A DNA stretch of 64,000 bases from Octopus sinensis (lineage: Eukaryota): assembly GCF_006345805.1 (NCBI RefSeq), contig NC_042999.1, forward strand, positions 88,970,001-89,034,000, written 5' to 3'. The notes beneath the pieces are model-generated. The model saw only the letters and a program-made list of their open reading frames with translations. It did no database searches and was not told where the DNA came from. The translations under genes and the position numbers were made by a program. Shown piece after piece: positions 54,244 through 64,000 of the stretch. Within the stretch, counting starts at the first letter, position 1. Every line of letters begins with the position of its first letter.

Positions 54244-54797
54244 GAGTGAGAGAGCAGTGCATGCCATCAAAGTGACACTGGGGTAAAATATACGAAGCCC
54301 AATATACCCATCATGACTACCCGTCTGATAAAGGTACACCAGGAACATGCATCACAACCATATGTGCGCGACATGGTGATCTCATATCAAGATAAACAGC
54401 ACATGACCTTGCAGGTGGGGCCCAGTTAGAATTTTCTTCAGGTTGAGTAGCCCATCCCACTCAAAAGGTCCCTGAATAAGGGTTGTTTAAGGATGTTGAA
54501 AGAACCACCCATGTTTCCAGAGGTGAATTATTCAAACCCCAAAGAATCCCTCTCAACACATGGCTATGATGCTCCCCCACTACTTCTGCTCGTGATCAGA
54601 GATGCACATATCGTCAGCCACTAAGGGACATGCTCAACTGGTTACGGTCAAACAACTGACAAGCAAATCTGTGGTATTGAGCAGAATATTTGCTGTAGCC
54701 CATCTTTTATACCAAGACAAAACAGTGTACATGATAACACTTCCAATCAGTTAAGATCAGAAGCCATGAGAGCCACTGCCTGGTACTGCATCAGGGC

Positions 54798-54800
<3 letters not shown>
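54244..54800 (-). mobile_element. ~560-bp non-coding retroposon inserted in (TAA)n
   Basis: Flanked on both sides by long (TTA)n; homologous to 2887-3293. Confidence 0.8.
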
Positions 54801-54851
<51 letters not shown>

Positions 54852-55169
54852 CATCATCATATATGTATGTATGTATGTATGTATATATATATCTGTGTGT
54901 GTGCGTGTGTGTGTGCATCTTTTTGTCTGTGTTTGTTCCTCACCACCACTTGACAACTGTTGCAGGTGTGTTTACGACCCCTTAACTTGACGGTTCGACA
55001 AAACAGACCGATAGATTAAGTACCCGGCTTAAAAAATAAGTCCTGGGATCGATTAATCCGACTGAAAATTCAAGGTGCTGCCCCAGCATGACCGCAGTCT
55101 AATGACTGAAACTAGTAAAAGATAGAAGATAGGATTGAACCTGAAACTACGTTTCTGAGAAGTAAATTT

Positions 55170-55332
55170 CTTAATCATGCGTGACCGTATGGTAAGAAGC
55201 TTGCTTCCCAGCCACATGGTTCCGGGTTCAGTCCCATAGTGTGGCCACTTGGGCAAGTGTCCTCTACTATACCCTCGGGCTGATCAAGGCATTGTGAGTG
55301 GATTTGGTTGACAGAAGCTGAAAGAAGCTAGT

Positions 55333-55383
<51 letters not shown>

Positions 55384-55590
55384 TGTTTGCCCCATCCCAC
55401 CGCCATCGTTTGACAGCCGATGCTGGTGTGTTCGTCTCCCCGTAACTTGCTGGTTTGGCAGAACAGACCGACCGAATAAGTACTAAGCTTACAAAGAATA
55501 AGCCCTGAGGTCGATTTCTTCGACTAAAACCCTTTATGGCGGTGCTCCAGCATCGCCGCAGTCAAATGACTGAAACAAGTAAAAGAATGC
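55170..55590 (+). mobile_element. Composite CORE-type SINE
   Basis: Same modules as 18193-18632. Confidence 0.75.
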
Positions 55591-55829
55591 TCCGTTCCTC
55601 TTATTTTACTTCTCTCTTTCAGACTCTCTCTCTCTCTCTATTATCCTTTTGTCTCATATATCTTTTATTGTTTTACTCTTCTTCTTATGTTTTTTCCTTC
55701 TTTCCCAATGTCGCCTTTCTCCACTCTCGTTCATAATCTCTTCCTAATAAGGTTTTTCTTCTACCATTGCTGACCACTCTCTCCTTACCTCCTCCCCATC
55801 CTCCTCCTCCTCTTCCTCTCTCACTCACA

Positions 55830-55862
<33 letters not shown>

Positions 55863-56888
55863 CTTGACACTGTAACACCATTCCTACGAGGTGGACAGAC
55901 GACTCAGACTGTGTGTGTATTACTGTCCATCGTTTCTCTAATTTAAGTCTCTATCTCAATCTCTGTCATAATCTCAATCAATATTCCTTTCTTTTCTCTT
56001 CCCTTCGTTTTGTCATTGCTAACTCCCATTCCTCTCTCTATCATTCATTCATTCATTCTACCCCCCCCTCTCTCTCTCTCTCAACATTTATGCTCTGTTG
56101 AGCTTAAAATACTGAGAACCTCCGAAAAGCAAAGTTTGTATAGCAAGCAAACAACAAGTTAATATTGTAGACTAACAGTGTAGACAAAAAAGAAATTCGG
56201 TCAACTATGACAACGGTTTCAGAGCTCTAGTGAAGCTGCTACACACTTCCATATATAATCAGCGAAACTCCAAATAATATCATGGCATACAGTTTCGAGA
56301 TATTATGTCTTGTCCACTCACACTGCAAAGGCAGATGTTACACAAAAGAAAAAATTGTCATGTTGTATTTAAATACAATAAGCAATAACAATAATAATAA
56401 ATTTAAACCAGTTATTAACTGATAAAACATGACTTGTACGCAATTTATATCCGATGGCATTACACCTGTGTTAAAAAGACTTTCTTCTATTTCTTAAGCA
56501 AAATAAGACAATGGAACAAATAATATAAGCCAGTTATTTATTGACAATACATGACATGGACAGATTGAAAACACTTTACATAGTATCGTAGTATAACAAG
56601 TATATTCAGTATTTTTAATGTTGATGACCAAGATTAATATTCCAGCCGACACTACCGACGCCAGAATTCGTTCTTCTAGCTACACATAGAATTAATGAGG
56701 TCTTCTTCGAGGTGTGACATTTTTTCTTGACACATTTTTTCCTTGTTTCAATAGTTACCCAGGTGGGAGTGTGAAGGATTTTTGAGAAAGTTTATATTAA
56801 TAACATATACTGATTATGCTCGTATCAACGTTTGTGTCTGTGAAGGTTTTAAAGTGCGGATACATACATACACACATACATACATACA

Positions 56889-56922
<34 letters not shown>

Positions 56923-56940
56923 CATACATACATATACGTA

Positions 56941-57553
56941 TATTAAGGATAACCACTAAGTGGACATCCAATATGCTAGAAGAAGATCACCTACGATCTA
57001 ACTACAAAGAAAAGAATGTTCTCTAGAGAAATTCAGCAAACACCAGAACATAAGCGGGTAAGACAGATGAAAATATATAAAATACAGAATTAATCGTAGA
57101 CCAGTTTCGTCAATTACCGATAATTACTTACGTAATTTCTCGTCCGTAAACTCTTCAGTACGATCGTTCCAATTCAATATAATATGAAGAACTATACACT
57201 AGTTGTTCTTATTAAATTAGATATGTGCATAGTTCTACCGATTACATTGAGGTTATTTTCAAATGTCTAAGTTCTGGTGCGCTAAATTCCGGAAACAGTT
57301 CCGCAGTAGTTAATTCACTGCAGTTAATGTTGCAGGTTAGAGAACATGATTATTTAAAATTTAAATAATGAGGGTGATAAATTGAATATTAATTTAATTA
57401 ATATCAATTTAAAACCAATAGCCTAGCATATAGAAAAATCTGAAAATTCAGAAAATTTGTAATACATGCGTATATTAAGGGATAACCACTAAGCGGACAT
57501 CCAATATGCTAGAAGAAGATCACCTACGATCTAACTACAAAGAAAAGAATGTT
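56941..57553 (-). mobile_element. HHR-bearing Penelope/retrozyme-like element, one ~532-bp unit plus an ~80-bp terminal direct repeat
   Basis: tattaaggataaccactaag...aaagaaaagaatgtt occurs at 56941 and 57473; no ORF. Confidence 0.75.
57093..57164 (-). ncRNA. Type I hammerhead ribozyme
   Basis: AUCGUA-CUGAAGA-GUU...AAUUAC(GUAA)GUAAUU...GAC-GAAAC-UG-GUC^UACGAU: perfect 6-bp stem I, intact core, GUC site. Confidence 0.85.
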
Positions 57554-57669
57554 ATTTAAATTTTAAATAATTATGTTTCTCTAGAGAACAAAAACATAGA
57601 AAACGAACTTTTTCCGAACAACAAAAAAAACAAGAACAAATTGTGAAACAAGACAGGCAACACAAAGAA

Positions 57670-57734
57670 CATCTACTTCATCAGTTGTCCCCTGTTTTAT
57701 CTACTCCGCGTTTCGAAGGTAGGGACAAGACGCG
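57670..57734 (-). ncRNA. Candidate non-circularly permuted hammerhead ribozyme, copy B
   Basis: CGCG-UC^UUGUCCC-UACCUUC-GAAA-CGCG-(15 nt)-GGGACAA-CUGAUGA-A-GUAGAUG; stems I and III are perfect, stem II is imperfect. Confidence 0.6.
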
Positions 57735-57885
57735 ACTCCGTTAAAACAATCCTTCCCGCAAAGCAAATTAAATAAAATTTGGGATTTTTTGAGGAGAGTT
57801 AAAGTGGTAACAAAAACAGGACAGTATATTACATGTATTAATATATGATCGAACGCCACACATCCATTTTCAAGTAAGTTTTTTC

Positions 57886-57946
<61 letters not shown>

Positions 57947-57948
<2 letters not shown>

Positions 57949-58178
57949 GTCCTTTACCCTTTATATTGACATTTCTGTGATAACGATCCCTATTGATCGA
58001 TTTTTTCTTTTTCCTTTTATTTTTACTCCCCCCCCCTTTTTCTTGCTTTCCTCTTTCTTTTCTTTTACGATCCCTTTTGATCGAAAACCAAAACCCCTTT
58101 TTTTATCCCCAAAAAGAAAAACTCTACCTTGTAATTTGTCCCGTCTGTGTGCAGCCCTGTGTGGCTAATAAAGAAACA

Positions 58179-58233
<55 letters not shown>

Positions 58234-58480
58234 ATATCTATCTATCTATCTGTCCTTTACCCTTTATATTGACATTTCTGTGATAACGATCCCTATTGAT
58301 CGATTTTTTCTTTTTCCTTTTATTTTTATTCCCCCCCCCTTTTTCTTGCTTTCCTCTTTCTTTTCTTTTACGATCCCTTTTGATCGAAAACCAAAACCCC
58401 TTTTTTTATCCCCAAAAGAAAAACTCTACCTTGTAATTTGTCCCGTCTGTGTGCAGCCCTGTGTGGCTAATAAAGAAACA

Positions 58481-58482
<2 letters not shown>
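57947..58482 (+). mobile_element. Two tandem Tx1-type LINE 3'UTR stubs in (TCTA)n
   Basis: Units 57947-58180 and 58250-58482 (period 303) share the same 5' truncation and are homologous to the 43906-44200 region. Confidence 0.75.
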
Positions 58483-58547
<65 letters not shown>

Positions 58548-58562
58548 TTATCTATCTATCTA

Positions 58563-58611
<49 letters not shown>

Positions 58612-59134
58612 TATATATATATACACACACATATATATGTAAATATGGATCCATGTTTTACTACATATATACATGTGGTGCAATACACATATATATATGT
58701 ATATATAAATATATATGTGTGTATGTATGTGTATGTATGTATCTATGTATGCATGTATATGTGCGTATTTTGCATAAGCTATGAAACATTAACGCTTAGG
58801 CTTATAGTTTTTCACCCTATATTGACTAGGGGAAATAGTTCAATATTAGGGTACATAACCTCCGCCACGCACACACACACACTTAGACAAAAATATTGTT
58901 ATTAGTATGCGTTGGAATCGAACTCACACCTCTTACTTTCGCGTTTAGTGTGCTGGCCGATTACACCAACCTTGCTATATATATATATTTTTTTTTTTGC
59001 TGTTAAATTTAGGAACTATGATGTCATAGCAGAATGTGTGTAAATATGTGCGTATTCTGCATAAGTTTAGAAACGGTGACGAGTGAAGATTTTTGTAAAC
59101 ATAATTAAGCCTAGAATTTTTCACAGTATATTGG

Positions 59135-59211
<77 letters not shown>

Positions 59212-60755
59212 GTAGCGACAGAAACAGTATTAATAACAAAAGGTAAATTTTTTCTCCAATCATTATCACTCCAGTCATTATCTAAATGACTAATTTTAGA
59301 TTAATAAAAAGGCAGAGAGAAAGAAAGAGCGTGAATGGGAGCAAGCGAGAGTGTGAGAAAGAGAGAAATAGACGAGCAGACAAAGAACTTTGAAATCTTT
59401 ATTAATTAAAATCGATTAATAAGGAAAGTAGTGGGGAGTGAGTTTGATCTCCTGTAGTATGGTGATAGCTTTGAACATACTTTAGTTGCTATTAAGCTTT
59501 TCCAGGGAAGTATAGTCTAATCGTTACAACAAATATTATATAGACTTTAGAATGAGTACAAATGAAAACAGGGCAATTTTAATAAACTAATAAAAGGGGG
59601 ACTTTGGTGTGTGTGTGTGTGTGTGTGCGTGCGTGCGTGCGTGTGTGTGTGTGTATGTGTGTGTGTATGTGTGTGTGTGTGTGTGTTTAAGAGAAACTGA
59701 GAGAAAGAGAGCGAAGTCACAGTTTCAAATTTTGGCACAAGACAAGCAATCTCGGAGGAGGTCTGTGTTGATTACATCGACCTCATGTTCAATGGGTTCT
59801 TATTTTATCGACCTCGAAAGGATGAATGGAAAATTTGACTCGACAAAATTTGTTTTGGCACTGTAACGATTCTGCCAGATCGCCACCCTAGAGAGTATAG
59901 ACATATCAAAATTAAAAGTTAAAAAAAAAACATGTAGATACGAACGTTTAATTTAATAAGTTCGCTTCGAAATCACGAGACGACTTGTTTAATTTCTTCA
60001 CGTAACATTTATAGCAAGAGTATTTACTATAAGCTTAGCTCAAGCCAAGATTTGTATGAGGAACTGTACGGAAGACCGTCAGATGGATTGAAACTTTAAT
60101 ATAAACGTCCAACCATTTTGCTCCTTCTGTGAAATATCATGTTAACTCTGCTAGTCTATGATTCTCCACGGTGTCCATATAGAAGTTTGTGGGGTTCAAG
60201 CAAGCAAATACTAAAATGAGGAACCGCGGTCGTATTTTAGGGGTCCCGCTGTATTGTAAGAAGCAACTAAGTTTCTTTCTTTTATACTTTACACTGTGCA
60301 ACTTGTTTCCGGCCACTCCCGGGGTAAGCCATTGCCAATCTACACAAGTGAATGCGTGAAAAACAAAATAGGAATTTTGAAAGAAGTAGCCATCATGATA
60401 AAATAGTAATCAAATTGGCCCATGGGTAGAAAAAAATGGCTGAGCACCTGTAATCTAGATAATTCCATTGAACAACAATGACACATTTCGTGAAAAAAAA
60501 GGAAGTTGAAGAAGAGGACAAAGGATTGAAACTCATCGTCCGAGAGGTAAAGAGATGAGTGGGACAGGGGAGCCTGAGAAGTGAAGGTACGAGACCAGCC
60601 AGTACAGACAAATAGAGGCTATTAGAGTAGCGGTAGAAAAGGCAAAGAGAGGAGTTGCCAGTGTGCATGTAGACCAGCGGGTGGAGTGTGCTTGTGAGTG
60701 AGTTATAAGACATTAGGTTGTAATTTGAGAGATATGTGGTAGTTATTTCTTGCAG

Positions 60756-60801
60756 GTCAGCGACCACGTAAAAATTTCGTTTGGTGAGACAATAATTACA
60801 G
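60756..60801 (+). CDS. Candidate internal exon (VSDHVKISFGETIIT-G)
   Basis: Good acceptor ttatttcttgcag, AG|gtaatg donor, 46 nt, phase 0-1, compatible with the 50739-50787 exon. Confidence 0.35.
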
Positions 60802-61509
60802 GTAATGAATGACATGGAGGAACGTGGGGTAGCCTAGGGACGAGAAAAAAAAAAAACATCGATAGGTTGCTCGTATTACAAGTCACTGGCAGTATGTGTG
60901 CGCGCGTGTGTGTATTTGTATTTGTGAGTGTAGGGGGAGAGGGGGCAAGAGGGGAGACGAAGCGAGAGAGAGAGAGAAACAAAAGAGTCGACAGATAGCT
61001 CCGTCGTCTACTGTTACGTAATTACGTAGAGCCTTATTACAACTGAAGACAGGTATCATCAACAGTTGCACAGATTACCGTGTAACTGGATGGTTGTAGC
61101 AATGCGTGCACATGATATCAAGGATGGGCTTGCATAAAATAAAGTTTTATTTAATTTTTCTTTCTTTGTGTTTAAATACCAAGTTGTATAGTGCAAGATT
61201 ATACGTATAGTTACACGTGTGTACTAATGTTAGCTACTCACTCTCTCCCTTCCTTTCATTTCTCTCTTCTTCCCTACTCCTTCTCTCCCTTTCCTTCTTT
61301 ATTTCCCTCTTTTTGTGTATATCTATAAAGTAACTATCCTGTGTTTGATATAGTTATTTACAGGCGTGGCTGTATTCTAAGTTTGCTTCTCAACCACGTG
61401 GTTCCGGGTTCAGTCACCTTGGGTAACTATCTTCTACTATAGCCACGGGCCGACAAAAGCCTTGTGAATGGATTTGGTAAACAGAAACTGAAAGAAACCA
61501 GTTGTAAAT

Positions 61510-62673
61510 ATATGGAATTAAGAATTATTTTTATGCATTTGTGTACATATAAAAAAATTTAAATATTATTTTACAGAATAATAGAATTAAAATTTCTTTG
61601 ATTAAAACCCTTTCTTACACGGAAGTATCCAAAGAGCATTTGAGGCACATAATGCTTTATGAGTACAGAAACGGAAACTCTGCACCCGAAGCGACTCGAA
61701 ACATACTCTCAGTTTATGGGAAAGGATGCTTGAATGAAAGAACTTGTAGAAGATGGTTTGCAAAATTCAGAAGTGGCGATTTCAGCCTTGAAGATGAAGA
61801 TCGAACAGGACGTCCAGTTGAGTTTGATGATAAGCTCCTTGAGACATTACTTGAAGAAAATCCTGCATTATCAGTTGAAGAATTGGCAATAAAGATTAGT
61901 TCAAAACATAAAACTTGGAAAGGTTCCTAGACTTGGAATATGGGTGCCTCGTGAATTGTCCGAAAGCAACCGCAAATCCCGAGCTAACATTTGCTCGTCT
62001 TTCCATTCTCGCGAACTCATTTCACCCTTTTTGGATATACTTGTCACTGGTGACGAAAAATGGATCTTCTATCGAAATGTTAAACTTCACAAACAGTGGC
62101 TTGGTAAAAGGGAAAAAGCTCAAACACAACCGAGAAGGGAACTTCATGGGAAAAAGGTTCTTCTCTCTATCTGGTGGGATTGCAAAGGAGTAATTCACTT
62201 TGAATTGTTACCACCTAACGCAATAATCAATGCTGAAGTCTACTGTCAGCAATTAGAGCATTTGAACCAAGCTTTGAAGGAAAAAAGACCCGCTTTAGTG
62301 AATCGAAAAGGAGTGATGTTTCATCAGGACAATGCGCGACCCCACACTGCAAATATCACATCACAGAAGATCCTCTTCCACCTTATTCTCCCGACCTTGT
62401 TCCTTCAGACTACCATTTGTTTCGTAGTTTACAGAATCATTTGAGGGACATAACTTTCGTAAGCCAGGAGGAGGTCGAATCTGACATTTCAGAGTTCTTC
62501 GTTTTGAAACCAAAAGATTTTACAATGAAGAGATTAAAGAGCTTGTAAATAGATGGAAGGAAGTCATAGATAATCAGGGAAAGTACATTGATTATTAAAT
62601 TTCAATTATATAACATTTGATCACTTGTTTCATTTATTCAAAATTCGGACGGAACTTATGGGATGACCTGATA
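61510..62673 (+). pseudogene. Mariner transposase pseudogene with 3' TIR
   Basis: HLRHIMLYEYRNG (HTH), VTGDEKWIFY and FHQDNARPH, with frameshifts and a deletion; ends ggaacttatgggatgacctgata. Confidence 0.95.
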
Positions 62674-62911
62674 CATATATACAAACTTGTTACCAGTTCA
62701 AATATGCTCGAGGCATATTCGAACTTAAAAGATAGCCATTCGCTGTATTCATCACGGCGAAAATTTCTCAGTGTAGAAAAATACGCCGATTCATTTCACA
62801 GCGCTCTCCATCAAGACTGTTGGATGCATACATTTCAGGGTGGTTATCTCCTCTTCAGCAGCAAAGAGTCGAAAGCAGGTGCTGCGAACTGAGATGAGAG
62901 CCAGGTCCCTG

Positions 62912-62972
<61 letters not shown>

Positions 62973-63721
62973 TATATATATTTTCACTGGAATATATACA
63001 TATATTATTACTTTGGCTTCAATCGGTGAGCTGGCAGAATCGTTAGCATGCCGAGCAAAATGTTTAGCGGTACTAGTCTGTCTTACGTTCTGAGTTCAAA
63101 TTCCACTGAGGTCGACTCTGCCTTTCATCGTTTCAGGGGCGATAAAATAAGTACAGTTTGGGAACCCTAATTGATGTAATCCTCTCCGCAAAAATGTCAG
63201 ACCTGGTGCCTGTAGAAAGAATTATTATTTTGTTTTCTTACAATTCGAAATAAACATAGGTGAAATCAATTCTTCCTGCCCTCCTTTCACTCTCTCAAGC
63301 ACTTTGACCCAATGATTATCTTAGTTACAACTCAACATAACTTGGATCTTAAATTGATCTTCTTGAAAAGAAACGATTTATTCTAATTACATAACTAAAA
63401 AAGAAGACAAAAAAGTTTAGCATGATCTATGTTGGTGTGCCGTGGGAAGAAATTTTAATATGGTTTTCTGGCAGGACCTTTAATCGGAAAATGAGTCTTA
63501 CTGAATAGACTCCATGTTGTCTCCTCGAATTCAAGTAATTATATTATATTATTTAATTTGATTTCTTTGTTATTCTTTCACCTCTTTAAGCGCCCACCTC
63601 CTTCTCCCTTGTTCTTACACTTGCGTCTTCTGACTTTATAACCAGCCGACGACTATGTCAGCATGGTCTGTTGAGGAACGATCCACATTTATTTCCTATT
63701 TGTAACGGTCTTTATAATTGT

Positions 63722-63771
<50 letters not shown>

Positions 63772-64000
63772 GAACCCTGGAGATTCGTACACGCATACAC
63801 AAGCACACAAGCACACACACACGCACATACACACACGTATGCACATCATCAATTATGTACAAATATACAGACGACACTGCCAGCCATTTACCACCCTACA
63901 ACAACACGTCATTGCGTACGCACACGACAACAAATCATTCTCTAAATCCTATCATTTCCCGTCTAACTGTTTCATTTTCTGCCCTTTAGTTTCTCGATTT

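Noticed and set aside
62815-62865. CUGAAGA...GAAAUG-UAUG-CAUC on the minus strand
   Set aside because: Stem II closes with G-U and contains a mismatch, stem I is interrupted, and there is no second copy; compatible with chance.

Overview
AT-rich, microsatellite-dense eukaryotic DNA, almost all repeat-derived. The repeat content (tRNA-derived CORE-type and other SINEs, mariner, Dong/R4, Tx1, RTE and Penelope remnants) points to a coleoid cephalopod, probably Octopus (inference). No complete protein-coding gene is visible, and most ORF-track entries are translated microsatellites. Three short phase-compatible exons (23457-23507, 50739-50787, 60756-60801) suggest the window is mostly intron of a large plus-strand gene I cannot name. 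The most interesting signal is non-coding: several hammerhead ribozyme (HHR) motifs in Penelope/retrozyme-like repeats. (1) A ~597-bp tandem array (28419-29994) carries a full type I HHR in each unit. (2) A separate ~532-bp direct-repeat element has its own type I HHR (57093-57164). (3) Two diverged copies of one repeat (53423-53487 +, 57670-57734 -) contain all three HHR strands in a non-circularly permuted order, with compensatory base changes between the copies. Also present: a young non-autonomous LTR element with a tRNA-Trp primer-binding site, a 5S rRNA retrocopy, a ~920-bp palindrome, a MITE/foldback cluster and microsatellite-targeted LINE remnants. All structures were read by eye and none is experimentally tested. 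Boundaries of degraded repeats are approximate.
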